DNA from: Candidatus Bruticola sp.
GTDB taxonomy: Bacteria; Vulcanimicrobiota; Xenobia; Xenobiales; Xenobiaceae
Reading direction: 5' to 3'
Length of the DNA: 64,000 bases
Assembly: GCA_051874735.1 (NCBI GenBank)
Contig: JBJEGD010000004.1
Location: 1-64,000 of the forward strand
This document shows, piece by piece, positions 32,501 through 41,493 of this stretch (the first letter of the stretch is position 1; every line of letters starts with the position of its first letter). Position numbers and translations under genes: made by a program. The notes beneath the pieces were generated by a model. The model ran no database searches. It was given only the letters and a program-made list of their open reading frames with translations, and was not told the DNA's origin.

Positions 32501-34413
32501 CAGGATCAAGTTTGAAGAAAGTACTTAACTCTTCCAGGCTTTTTTCTTCCATTAAAGATATATTGCCTAAAGAATTTGAATTGGCATCAAAAGAAGATAA
32601 TGCTAATAAAGTTTCCCAGCCTAGTAGTCAAGATGTTCTTAACGCTGCCTGTGATATTTTGGATTTAATGGAAAGATTGGGATATTTCCAGCTCCCCGAT
32701 CTGGCGCCAGGCAGATATCGCTTGCAAGGCAAAGTTTTTTCTCTTAACGAAGTTAAAGAGGTGGTTTCTGCTGCTCCAGATTTTGAGCCTACAGAAGCAG
32801 AATGTAATGTAATTGACGCCGCAAAAGCTGACTCCGCCTCTTGCTGTACTGCTGATCAGGATAACCTTATTCAATCTCACATTTTTAGTTCAGCACCGGC
32901 TGATAATAAAAATGGCGAGTTAATGCAGAGTTCAACTTCAGAAATTTTGAAAGGGGCTGTCGAAACTGAATCAGTCAAAGTTTTTGTGCCTAATGCTGCC
33001 TCCTATTACGATTCTATGCCTTCCCATCTGTTAGGCAATATACAGCGTCTATCACAAAATAAAGAAAAATTGGCCGATTTCTTCTCCGATTTGACGGCTG
33101 GTCTGCTTCCTTTCAGTAGTTCGTCATTAATGCCCAGGAGTAGAAGGGAATTGGAAAAACGCTATTTCAATGCTTTCCATCTGCATATAGCTGAAGCTGC
33201 CGATGGTGTTAAAGCTTCTGACAATGTATCAGCTTCTTCCCTTGATGAAGAAAAGCCAGTTACTATTCAATCGGTTGCTGATGTAGAAAATAGCTTAGTA
33301 AAAGATTCAGCTAAAATGAGTATCGAAGCGGCAGAAGCTACTGATGGTATTGTCACTTCTGACAATTTATCAATTTCTTCTGTAGATAAAGAAGAGCCAG
33401 ATACTACCCTCCCCGTTGCCTCTATAGAGAGTAGTTTAGTCAAAGATTCGCTTTCAGAAAATACTAAAGCGACCGAAACTGCCAATAAGTGTATTCAGGC
33501 AGAGACAGTTTGTTCTAATGAAACTGAGCCAAAAACTGAGAGTAAAATCCATTCTGACCCTACCCAAGTATCCTCCTCCGTGTCTTGTGGTGACAGTAAC
33601 GTTTCTGTATCTTTTGAAGGGGTAGTTCTAGCCAGAGTACCTAATTTTTCTTTAGTTAAAGCTGAAGTTCCGAATACACTGGAAGGACGTCCTGTAGAAT
33701 CGTTGGGAGATAATTTTATTAAAGGTAGCAGTACGGTAGAAGAAATCTATCTGGGGGCTAATCTTAAAGTTATAGGTAAAGATGCTTTCCGCAGCTGTAG
33801 CCGTCTTCGTCTGATTTCCATGCCTGAGGGGCTGCAAATTATAAAGGATGGAGCTATGCGCAGTTGTGAAAGATTGACCGAAGTTGTTTTGCCCGATAGC
33901 ATAAAAGAGATTGGCTGTAGGGTATTCTGTGCCTGTAGCGGATTGCGTTCTCTGAAGCTTTCTTCTAGTTTAATCAGCATCGGTGAAGCCGCTTTTGCCG
34001 ATTGCCGTTCTTTGGTAAGCTTAGAACTTCCTCAGAGTTTGAAGAGGCTAGGCAGTAAAGCTTTTTTCGGTTGTCGCAATTTGGAGAGTATTTTTATTCC
34101 TGAGAGTTTAGAAATTTTAGAGGAGAGACTTTTTGACGTTTCTCAGAAATTAACTATTTATGCTCCTCCTCATTCCGCTGCTGCTGTTTATGCCGCTGAT
34201 CACGGTATAACGTATCGTGAAGCTTATGCTTATAATTGGCATGCTTTGGCTGAAGCTCAGAAACAGATTAATGAGGCTTCAGTGCCAAGTTCTGTGGTCG
34301 TTTCTCCTCCTGCAGAAGTTAAATCTAGCAAGGCTGAAGCTAAGGCAATTTCAAAGAATAAAGCTAAATATTTGAAGAGACTATCTTCTCGTATTAGAAG
34401 TAAACGGCGTTAA
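29557..34413 (+). CDS. Large BspA-type leucine-rich repeat (LRR_5) protein
   Basis: Many IPxxVTSIGxxAFxGCxxL 23-aa repeats in three blocks, each capped by an IYxxxxSxAxxYA-like motif; no signal peptide visible; alternative ATG at 29593. Confidence 0.88.
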   Translation: MGFYKKNKGGTSMRRCRSYIKSINAADSYLPLLKSLGGKSAGVSEKENIKVSAESQNKKMASEPLYIKKNASQNLKEKSAEERDNLVSFVSSFDFHKSEEGIVIARFVPSGKKRSLELPSSVLGAQISAIGPGAFAGFADLVKVVIPEGVTSIGAGAFAGCSNLGSITFPRTLKSIGVGAFKGCVSLTNICFSGSLEELGESAFSKCTALKRVSFAGTNLRVIPKLCFFECESLNDIEWPGSLNTIGEEAFALCTSLEVLRLPKSVQALSCSSFRNCNGLTSIILPDSLTSLAELSFAECLSLADIKLPETILEIGNSAFSGCKKLRRIRLGSKLQKISASAFRDCTSLEDIVFPIGLFYLGRCAFSGCTNLKKVDLSRCRISSIDAEAFSGCQKISDLLLPLCLQKIGAFCFKNCLNLSSVKIPSRVVSLGDHCFEGCHKLSNVELAAAVSIPEGCFSGCSQLENISFNENMPEIGSCAFAECHALSNIVLPDNIQVIRDRAFLNCTNLSEVNCGSHLRRLGSEVFKGCINLRRIDLPASLNAFGSEGNIFSNTADDLVIYGALNSSAEEYARRCRIKFYDPLLHEMKDEGNEEAENSAVTAEDNSEELTPEEAEVEEIENSSSRLVRRQVFGLKVTPLSYKSITSKGDWIVIRHKAFEKKADARSNVPIAVHLGGINHIGNRAFCNRNVVFLDCSDSLVSIGKAAFWGCSLMQKVRWSKRLSFIDKSAFWGCHSLKSLELPDSLQFIDNWAFLGCSGIENLRLPSYLVSLGDYVFAYCTSLHSVVIPSGTRSLGTGVFFGCNSLRRIVIPPSVKQFGPELCKFSPIFGRGCHLDDSADNSEYNCDIPEQITIVCQKDSAAHEYALQFGLNFELACFEDEISVKEPNPGGSYMLGGLGVVEGTSKCAQALNSRFSFAPFKYSVRLVTPELKKRAEFKDSLLNENELAGMSSAEAFSILQGAYEILDQAEFSKIWQKHIWHSGSSLKKVLNSSRLFSSIKDILPKEFELASKEDNANKVSQPSSQDVLNAACDILDLMERLGYFQLPDLAPGRYRLQGKVFSLNEVKEVVSAAPDFEPTEAECNVIDAAKADSASCCTADQDNLIQSHIFSSAPADNKNGELMQSSTSEILKGAVETESVKVFVPNAASYYDSMPSHLLGNIQRLSQNKEKLADFFSDLTAGLLPFSSSSLMPRSRRELEKRYFNAFHLHIAEAADGVKASDNVSASSLDEEKPVTIQSVADVENSLVKDSAKMSIEAAEATDGIVTSDNLSISSVDKEEPDTTLPVASIESSLVKDSLSENTKATETANKCIQAETVCSNETEPKTESKIHSDPTQVSSSVSCGDSNVSVSFEGVVLARVPNFSLVKAEVPNTLEGRPVESLGDNFIKGSSTVEEIYLGANLKVIGKDAFRSCSRLRLISMPEGLQIIKDGAMRSCERLTEVVLPDSIKEIGCRVFCACSGLRSLKLSSSLISIGEAAFADCRSLVSLELPQSLKRLGSKAFFGCRNLESIFIPESLEILEERLFDVSQKLTIYAPPHSAAAVYAADHGITYREAYAYNWHALAEAQKQINEASVPSSVVVSPPAEVKSSKAEAKAISKNKAKYLKRLSSRIRSKRR

Positions 34414-34460
34414 AATTTAAGCCAGAGTTGGTTTGTTCAAACAAGAAAGATGAAAAGCTT

Positions 34461-35555
34461 ATGAAAACAATTGAAAAAGCTCTGGAACGAATAGCCTATG
34501 CTTTAGAGCGTATTGCTGATTGTATGGAGCGAGGAGCGGCTCTTTCTCAAAACGATCTGCTCTCCCAAGTTGGATTAGTTGATACGGTTGAAAAAGTTGA
34601 GTCGGCTGATTCAATAGCAGATAGGAATGCACCCCATACAGAAGAGCTCAAAGAAGATAATCAAGAAAACATAAATTCTGCGGCAGAAAAAGAACTCAAA
34701 TGTCCGGCTGTACCTTTAGAGAGCAGAGAAGAGTTTACTTTTGATTTGCCCAGCCCAGATCAGCGTAAAGATTTTGCTTGTCGTTTTCCTAACATTGTAA
34801 AATTCTTAGAATCGAAAGATATATACGTTTGTGATATATTTTCGCCTCTGCTTCCAAACACTCTCGATGATCGTTTGGAAGAGATCGCCCTTTATATGGG
34901 CAACCATTACGCTGATATCAGTTCGTTACTTATGGCTATAAAGGCCAATTTGCGCACTGGATTTAGTTTTTCGCTAGATTTCAATTCTTTTTCTTCCGCT
35001 TCCGCTAAAACTATAGATAAGTTGTGTAGAGCTCTTTATGAAATAGCTTTTTTGGACGAGTACCGTTATTTAGGCTATCCCGATTTTAAATTGCAGACCA
35101 GAGCTGCTACTATAGGTATAGCTCATAACTTTTTCAGTGGTTTTTGGTTTGAGCGCTATATAGCTCAGCAAACAGCATCTGTAATAAGAAAGATCCGCTG
35201 TGAGTATAATTTAGAAGAAGACGATTTTGAAATTATACGCAATGCTAAACTCATGTGTCAGGGAGTTCCTCGTGAGCGCGACATCTTAGTTAGCTGCTCC
35301 GGAGAATATTATTGGTTGGAATGCAAATCTGGTGATAATTATATCGATAGCATCTCCGCTTATGATACTTTTTCTTCTCATTTTGGCTTTGAGGCTGATA
35401 ATTGCTTTTTAGTTTTTCTGAGTAACGATTCGGGCTGCCATAGAGCTGCTGGTTCTGGAATTAATATTTGTTCTAGTGTAGAATTCGTCGATCGTTTCTC
35501 CGATATTCTTCGGCATAATTTAGAAAAAGCTGGCTTTACTAAAAGTAAAACTTAA
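34461..35555 (+). CDS. PD-(D/E)xK nuclease-fold protein (DUF1887/Card1-like C-terminal domain)
   Basis: NFFSGFWFERYI followed by ERDILV...WLECKSG, the E-x-D...E-x-K restriction-like motif. Confidence 0.6.
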   Translation: MKTIEKALERIAYALERIADCMERGAALSQNDLLSQVGLVDTVEKVESADSIADRNAPHTEELKEDNQENINSAAEKELKCPAVPLESREEFTFDLPSPDQRKDFACRFPNIVKFLESKDIYVCDIFSPLLPNTLDDRLEEIALYMGNHYADISSLLMAIKANLRTGFSFSLDFNSFSSASAKTIDKLCRALYEIAFLDEYRYLGYPDFKLQTRAATIGIAHNFFSGFWFERYIAQQTASVIRKIRCEYNLEEDDFEIIRNAKLMCQGVPRERDILVSCSGEYYWLECKSGDNYIDSISAYDTFSSHFGFEADNCFLVFLSNDSGCHRAAGSGINICSSVEFVDRFSDILRHNLEKAGFTKSKT

Positions 35556-35580
35556 GCAGTTGCATTATTACATATAAAAT

Positions 35581-35628
35581 AAAGATAGCGCTTCAGTTTT
35601 TCATAGGAAAAGCTGAAGCGCTATCTTT
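35581..35628. terminator. Bidirectional intrinsic terminator
   Basis: AAAGATAGCGCTTCAG ... CTGAAGCGCTATCTTT perfect 16-bp stem between convergent genes. Confidence 0.85.
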
Positions 35629-35663
35629 CTATTTTGCTCGCTATTTAGATAGGTATATATTTG

Positions 35664-36452
35664 TTACTTAACTATATAAGCTTTTTTGATCATGGTGGGC
35701 TGCTGCTTGGCGGGCAGACTCTTCAAGTAGGCTTCACCATTGTACCAAAGCATACCTTGATCGAGTCCCATATCTGGGCTTCCAACAGACTTAAACGAAT
35801 CCGCAACCTCCATACCTTTGACTACCTTACCGAAGGTACTGAAATTCTGCTGCTGCAGGAAATCGTTATCCCCATAATTTATGAAAATTTGAGTGGAATT
35901 TGTGTTGGGGCCAGCTTTAGCGAAAGCCAAAGTGCCGCGGTCTAAGCGGAAAAGACTAGGATCATCATTAAAGTTCTTATCTTTCCAGTCGATCATGCCT
36001 TTGCGCCAGTTGATACCAAATTGGGCTACAAATGGGCGGGGGTTCTTAACTACACGGAATATAGGGGTATCGTTGTAGTAGCCGAGTTTTACTAATTCGA
36101 TAAAGCGTTTGGCTGCGTTAGGAGCCGCTTGGGGATAGATTTCCATGTCGATATCCCCGTCAGTAGTTTCAAAGCGCACTAAAGTGTACTCAGTAATAGT
36201 GGGGGCCTCGGGACCGAAAGGAGTTAAAGAACGATATTGAGCTGACATTGGGCTCTCCTTTTCTTGACTTTGCTGAGCGGCAGGTTCGGAAGCTGACTGC
36301 TCGGCAGGTTTATTTTCTTGGGGTTGAACTTGCTGGCTCTGTGCCTGGGATGCCCCTCTTTCTGCTGCTGTTTCTTGAGTTTTAGCGCAGCCAAACTGCA
36401 AACTAGCAAAAATAAGCACCGCAGCTAAGGTAGACAGGCGATATATATTCAT
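35664..36452 (-). CDS. Cyclophilin-type peptidyl-prolyl isomerase, lipoprotein
   Basis: Lipobox LQFGC, Q/A/P-rich linker, FRVV...FVAQFG, GTLAFAKAGPNTNSTQIFIN, FGKVVKGMEV. Confidence 0.92.
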   Translation of the reverse strand: MNIYRLSTLAAVLIFASLQFGCAKTQETAAERGASQAQSQQVQPQENKPAEQSASEPAAQQSQEKESPMSAQYRSLTPFGPEAPTITEYTLVRFETTDGDIDMEIYPQAAPNAAKRFIELVKLGYYNDTPIFRVVKNPRPFVAQFGINWRKGMIDWKDKNFNDDPSLFRLDRGTLAFAKAGPNTNSTQIFINYGDNDFLQQQNFSTFGKVVKGMEVADSFKSVGSPDMGLDQGMLWYNGEAYLKSLPAKQQPTMIKKAYIVK

Positions 36453-36467
36453 TTTTTTTCTCCTGAA

Positions 36468-36494
36468 AAGAGACTCGGCACTGCTGAGTCTCTT
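36468..36494. other. Intergenic hairpin between the cyclophilin paralogues
   Basis: AAGAGACTCGG ... CTGAGTCTCTT inverted repeat. Confidence 0.5.
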
Positions 36495-36506
36495 AGATAA
36501 ATATTC

Positions 36507-37262
36507 TTAATCTTTAACTACTTCGGCTTTAATAATCATGGTAGGCTGCTGACTAGCAGGCAACTGCTTGAGGTAAGCGTCTCCGTTGGTAGAGAGCATA
36601 CGTTGGTTCAATCCCATACTAGGATCGCCCACTTGCTTAAAGTTATTGGCTATATCTAAACCTTTGGTAATAATACCGAAAGTAGAGAAAACTTGATCGC
36701 GTAAGAAGTCGTTGTTGGCATAATTAATAAAAACTTGAGTAGAGTTTGTATTAGGGCCGGCTTTAGCAAATGCTAAGGTTCCCGCTTCTAAGTGAAAGAG
36801 GCTGGGATCATCATTAAACTTTTTTTCATTCCATTGACGCTGGCCGTCTCTCCAATTTAATCCAAATTGGGCTACGAAGGGACGCGGATTTTTAACGACA
36901 CGGAAAATCGGAGTATTGTCGTAATAGCCGGCTTTTACTAACTCAATAAAGCGTTTAGCAGCATTGGGAGCCGCCTGAGGGTATATTTCCATTTCAATAT
37001 CTCCGGCACTAGTTTTGAAGCGCACTTTAACTACTTCGGTAAGGGCCGGAGCATTAGAACTGAAAGGAACGAGATGCCTGTATTTGGAGGCGGCTTTAGT
37101 TTGGGCTTCCTGGTTATCTTGAGCTGCAACCTGTTTGTTTCTACCAGCTACGAGTTTGTACTCTGTTTGGGAGTCTTCATGGGCCCAAGCGGAAAGGCTG
37201 CAGCAGAGGCTACCAATCACAGTTAAGGAAACAACGAGGCCTTTAATTAAGTTTTTATTCAT
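36507..37262 (-). CDS. Cyclophilin-type peptidyl-prolyl isomerase, Sec-exported
   Basis: Start at ATG 37262 (MNKNLIKG...LSAWA signal peptide); same catalytic motifs as its neighbour. Confidence 0.92.
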   Translation of the reverse strand: MNKNLIKGLVVSLTVIGSLCCSLSAWAHEDSQTEYKLVAGRNKQVAAQDNQEAQTKAASKYRHLVPFSSNAPALTEVVKVRFKTSAGDIEMEIYPQAAPNAAKRFIELVKAGYYDNTPIFRVVKNPRPFVAQFGLNWRDGQRQWNEKKFNDDPSLFHLEAGTLAFAKAGPNTNSTQVFINYANNDFLRDQVFSTFGIITKGLDIANNFKQVGDPSMGLNQRMLSTNGDAYLKQLPASQQPTMIIKAEVVKD

Positions 37263-37303
37263 AATGTCGTATTTTTGCCGTTCCTTTCTTTGTAGGAAAA
37301 TTG

Positions 37304-37963
37304 TTAGGGAGAGCCCGGTACGTTTTGAGCCGGCGCCATCTTCCATGCATCTTTGATGTGAGACATATCATTGAAAGAGACTAAGCTGGGAAGTCCATTT
37401 ATATAGCGCAGACGAACGATTCCAGTGTTGCCTAATTCCATAGTCCACTGATATTTGCCTTGAGGGGGGCCTACAATATTCCATAGTATAGTTCTAATAA
37501 TTCCGCCGTGGCTGAAGGCAATTACCCGTCCGTCTTTGGGCAAATCATGTATCCAGGATTCAGCTCTGTCAGAAACATCCTGTAAATTTTCATCTGAGCC
37601 CGGAAAGTAAGTTCTATAAGGATCTTTCCACCAAGCTGTGACTTTGGCCTGATCTTCTGTGGAAAGCTCATTCCAGGTATGACCTTCTACTATACCCATG
37701 GGAATTTCTCGCAGGCGTTTGTCTAGGCGTATATCTTCTAATTTCAAATGGGGCATGGCCAACTGAGCTGTTTCAATACATCGGTGCAGATCTGAGCTCC
37801 AAACCTGGGTAAAATTAACATCTTTTAAATTATTAGCTAAAGCTCTAGCCTGCTCTTTGCCCAATTCGTTTAAACGTACATCGCTGTGTCCTTGCCAGCG
37901 TCTTACAGCATTCCAATCGGTACTGCCGTGGCGTACTAACCAAACTTCCAACATGAGCGCCAT
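37304..37963 (-). CDS. Histidine phosphatase (phosphoglycerate mutase/CobC family)
   Basis: LVRHGST.WN...QG, SSDL.R...TA, LRE, SHGG. Confidence 0.93.
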   Translation of the reverse strand: MALMLEVWLVRHGSTDWNAVRRWQGHSDVRLNELGKEQARALANNLKDVNFTQVWSSDLHRCIETAQLAMPHLKLEDIRLDKRLREIPMGIVEGHTWNELSTEDQAKVTAWWKDPYRTYFPGSDENLQDVSDRAESWIHDLPKDGRVIAFSHGGIIRTILWNIVGPPQGKYQWTMELGNTGIVRLRYINGLPSLVSFNDMSHIKDAWKMAPAQNVPGSP

Positions 37964-38127
37964 GTTTTGCTGCTTTATTCGTCAATCCTGCTTATGAGAT
38001 TCATCTTGGATTTGGACTCATTTAGGCTCGTTTCCAGTTTATTTTTTAGACAATTATTATTTTCTTTTTTATTTATTTATCTTAAATCTATTTATTAAGA
38101 AATCCGAATTTTAGGCCACTATTTATG

Positions 38128-38164
38128 TATAGATAAGTTCTTTTTTCTCTTTGATAATTATCAA
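38128..38164 (+). promoter_or_regulatory. Shared upstream motif TATAGATAA-N14-TTGATAAT, overlapping the palindrome TTGATAATTATCAA (FNR/CRP-type)
   Basis: Same motif and spacing upstream of all three hydrolase paralogues; 14-bp perfect palindrome at 38151-38164. Confidence 0.5.
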
Positions 38165-38226
38165 TAAGTACAAGTGTAAAAAGTTAGTTTTTTTATAACT
38201 TGAGGATGATTAGGAGGGTAGATGCT

Positions 38227-41151
38227 GTGTCTTTAGAGCAAATATCTAATTTTTTGGGTATTTCCAATATATCTAGTAATTTAGTATCTTTTTCTACTGC
38301 TGCTTCCAGCAACTCTTTAGGGATAACTTGTAACGATTCTATTTCTTTTTCTGGCTCTGAAATTTTAGGGACTATGGAAAAAAGCCATGTTGCTTCTTTA
38401 GATGATGAAGAGGCCGCTGTTCAAGAAAATGAAGAATCTGGGGAAGCTGAGGAAGAAGCCGCGGTCTCCTCTGCGGAAGATACTCAGATTAGTGAAGTAG
38501 CGGCCTCTGAAAATGAAGATATGTCAGTTGAAGAAGCGGACAATCCTCAGAATGCTGTTGTTCAGATGGGTGAAGAAGTGGTTGCTAACGATGTCGCGGC
38601 TTCTAAAGTAGCTGCTTCGCAGACTTTAGCTCAGGTTGAAGCTGAGCAAAAAGCTGAGCTCGCTTCCAGCGCTAATTCCGAGGTCGATGAAGCTAATGCA
38701 AATTTAGAGGCTGCGCAAAATGAACTTGAAGAAGTTTTGGCTGAAGGTGAGATTGAAGGCAAAGAAGCTAATACGGCTGAGACGCTCGAAGGGTTAGAAG
38801 CTGAAATGGAAGAGCTCCAGGCAGAGCAAGAAAAGAAAGCTGAAGAGCGCGAAGCTTTAGAGCAGAAACAGGCCCAGCTGGTTGAAGATTTAGCTGAAGC
38901 GCAGGCTGATGGAGATCAGGAAAAAATTGAACAACTCAGTCAGGAGCTTAATCAGGTAAATCAAGATTTAACCAGATGCCAAGATGATTTGAGCTCTTTA
39001 CAAAATCAAATTTCGAATTTAAGTGGAACAATTGATTCAACTAAGAATCAGCTTGAACAAGAAAATGCGGCTAAGGAGCAGTTGCAGCAAGATAAGGTAA
39101 ATGCAGCTCAGAGCGCTCAGCAAAGCGCTGCCTCTAGTGTCGAACAGGCTCAAGCAGAAGCTGATAGTGCTAATGCCAATTATCAGAGTGCTCAGCAGCA
39201 GGCATCGCAAGCTAGTCAAGATGCTTTAGAAGCCAATTCGACCGCTCAAAGTTCTCAGAGCGAAGCTTCTAAAGCAGCAGATGAGGCTCAACAATCTCAA
39301 GCTAAAGCTGATGAGGTTAAGAGTTCATTGGAAGAGCTCCGTTCTGCTGCTGAGCAAGCTCGTGCTGACGCTTCTGCTAAAGCTGAAGAAGCCAGTCAGG
39401 CGGATTCGGAGGTTTCGTCTGCTCAATCTGCTTTAGAAGCCGCTCAGTCAGCTACCAAAACGATAGAAGATGAGGAAGGCAACACACAGGAAGTTCAAGA
39501 TGAGGAAGCTATTGCTTCAGCTCAAGCTGATTTGGAGGCCGCTCAATCTAAGGCTGAAGCTGCTCATGCTGCAGCTGATGAAGCGGAGAATACGGCCACT
39601 CAGTTAGAGAATATGCTTAGTCAGGCTGAGAGCAGTTCTGCTGCTGCCGATACAGAGTCTATTCAGGCTGAGGCTATCTCCGAACAAGCTGCCGCTCAGA
39701 CTGAGCAAGATGCCGCCGCCGTAGATAATGCTGAAAATGAAGCTGCCGCTGCCGATACAAAAGTTGAAGAGGCCGCTGGTCAAGCGAGTAATGCTGAGCA
39801 AAGTGTCAACCAGGCGTCCAACTTCTCTGATCAAGCTGAAAATGCTGTTGGCCAAGTTGAAGAAGATGCAAATACTGTGGCTGAAACTAATGAGGCCAAT
39901 CAAGCTGCTGCTGATAGCGCCCAAAATTCGGCAGATGAAGCTGAAAATAGTAGCAATGAACAGTCTGATAATGGAGTCAGTAATGAAGATATTCAGAATC
40001 AGCTCAATAGTTTAGCGCAGATGCTGGCCTCGATGCAGGCGGCTAATCAATCTAACGGTAGCAGCGGCAGTACTGGAGGTAGTGGAGGTTCTGGCAGTGT
40101 CGGTAGCACTGGAAGTACGGGCGGCACTGCCAGCACCAGCAGTACAGGTTCTACTTCCTCTACTAACAGAACTAGCGCTGCTGGTGGTCTCGATCTTTCC
40201 AAATGCTCCGATGAAGATATTGCTGCAGCTATAGATGGTTTCTTAGCAGAGAAAGGATCTGAAGCTCCTGAAGGTACTGGTCAACTTTTTGTTGAGGCTG
40301 GTAAAGAATACAATGTAGATCCTTTAATTTTGCTTTCTATTGCTGGTCAAGAAACTCAATGGGGTAAGACAGGTATAGGCCTTAACGGTTGGATGGGAGT
40401 TGGTGCTTACGATTCAAATCCTACTAATGCGACTACTAACCCTACTTTTGCTGGAGTTAAAAATCAAATTGAAGTAGGCGCCAAAACTTTTGCTAATTTG
40501 CGCGAAAAAGGCGGCTCTTCTTCTGAAGACTCAGTCGCCGATCAGACTGCTGCTGTGAATCAAGCCGGATGGGCTACTGATCAAAACTGGCACAATGGAG
40601 TGACTAGTATTTACGAAAATCAAGTTAGCGCCTACATGCTTGAACACTTAGAAGGAGCCGAAGTTAAAGGCAATAGCGAGGGTATTGAAGCTGCACTTAA
40701 TGAAGCTCTTTCTATGGAAGGGATGACTGAAAGTGCCAATGCCTCCGAAATTAATGCCATTACTAAGGATTGTAACCAAAGTTGGGCTCTCGATTGTCAG
40801 TCTCAACCTTGGTGCGCCGCTTTTGCCACAGGCATTTTAGCTAAAAATGGCGTTATGGACTTCAGCAACTGTGAAAATGTCAATTACACTCCCACTTTAG
40901 TTGAATGGTCTAAGAGTGAAGGCACTTGGAATAGTGCCGGTGGCGATTATATACCTCAGTCCGGCGATATGATTATGTTTGACTGGGATAATACCCGATC
41001 GGGGGCGGATCACGTGGGAATAGTAGTTAGCTACGACAGTTCTACTGGAGTGGTTACAACCGTTGAAGGCAACAGCAGTAATTCAGTAAAGGTTAACACT
41101 TATGACCGCAACCAGGCTTGTGTGATGGGTTATATATCTCCCAATAAATAA
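38227..41151 (+). CDS. Peptidoglycan hydrolase paralogue 1: acidic coiled coil + GH73-like glucosaminidase + CHAP
   Basis: GTG 38227 after AGGAGG; LLSIAGQETQWG...GVGAYDSNP...WATDQNW (GH73-like); PWCAAF...DHVGIV...VEGN (CHAP). Confidence 0.85.
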   Translation: MSLEQISNFLGISNISSNLVSFSTAASSNSLGITCNDSISFSGSEILGTMEKSHVASLDDEEAAVQENEESGEAEEEAAVSSAEDTQISEVAASENEDMSVEEADNPQNAVVQMGEEVVANDVAASKVAASQTLAQVEAEQKAELASSANSEVDEANANLEAAQNELEEVLAEGEIEGKEANTAETLEGLEAEMEELQAEQEKKAEEREALEQKQAQLVEDLAEAQADGDQEKIEQLSQELNQVNQDLTRCQDDLSSLQNQISNLSGTIDSTKNQLEQENAAKEQLQQDKVNAAQSAQQSAASSVEQAQAEADSANANYQSAQQQASQASQDALEANSTAQSSQSEASKAADEAQQSQAKADEVKSSLEELRSAAEQARADASAKAEEASQADSEVSSAQSALEAAQSATKTIEDEEGNTQEVQDEEAIASAQADLEAAQSKAEAAHAAADEAENTATQLENMLSQAESSSAAADTESIQAEAISEQAAAQTEQDAAAVDNAENEAAAADTKVEEAAGQASNAEQSVNQASNFSDQAENAVGQVEEDANTVAETNEANQAAADSAQNSADEAENSSNEQSDNGVSNEDIQNQLNSLAQMLASMQAANQSNGSSGSTGGSGGSGSVGSTGSTGGTASTSSTGSTSSTNRTSAAGGLDLSKCSDEDIAAAIDGFLAEKGSEAPEGTGQLFVEAGKEYNVDPLILLSIAGQETQWGKTGIGLNGWMGVGAYDSNPTNATTNPTFAGVKNQIEVGAKTFANLREKGGSSSEDSVADQTAAVNQAGWATDQNWHNGVTSIYENQVSAYMLEHLEGAEVKGNSEGIEAALNEALSMEGMTESANASEINAITKDCNQSWALDCQSQPWCAAFATGILAKNGVMDFSNCENVNYTPTLVEWSKSEGTWNSAGGDYIPQSGDMIMFDWDNTRSGADHVGIVVSYDSSTGVVTTVEGNSSNSVKVNTYDRNQACVMGYISPNK

Positions 41152-41190
41152 AACAATTATTCAGTAAGTATATTCTGCTGAATCGTTTGC

Positions 41191-41228
41191 AACAGCCTTT
41201 CGCTGATTATCAGCCTAGGGCTGTTTTT
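41191..41228 (+). terminator. Putative intrinsic terminator
   Basis: AACAGCC...GGCTGTTTTT stem with inner GCTGA/TCAGC pairing. Confidence 0.6.
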
Positions 41229-41388
41229 ATATTTGACTATAAAAATATCTCTTAAATAAAGATATTTATTAACTTATATGTATCTAAAATGTCATATATA
41301 TAACAATTTCTTTTAATGATTAAATGAATTATAAATGCTTTATTTATGTTAAATAAATGTTAAAACAGTCCAAAAAAGTACTTTTAAG

Positions 41389-41419
41389 TATTGATAAAAA
41401 AGTATTTATATATGATAAA
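41389..41419 (+). promoter_or_regulatory. Shared upstream motif copy TATTGATAA-N14-ATGATAAA
   Basis: Same spacing as the copies at 38128 and 44861; 74 nt before the start codon. Confidence 0.4.
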
Positions 41420-41493
41420 TAAAATAAATGTGGAGCAGATTTATGTGTGGTTTCGCCAGCTTTTTTCTGCTGAAAATAGGGGAGATTTGAGGA

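Noticed and set aside
34461-35660. CRISPR-Cas locus suggested by the Card1-like protein
   Set aside because: No repeat-spacer array or cas gene seen anywhere in the window
37263-37346. ORF-track N-terminal extensions (also grpE 2150, mlaE 4219, wecB 9985, 38200, 44933, 47420, 52454, 57582)
   Set aside because: Downstream starts have better RBSs and/or restore expected N-termini or signal peptides
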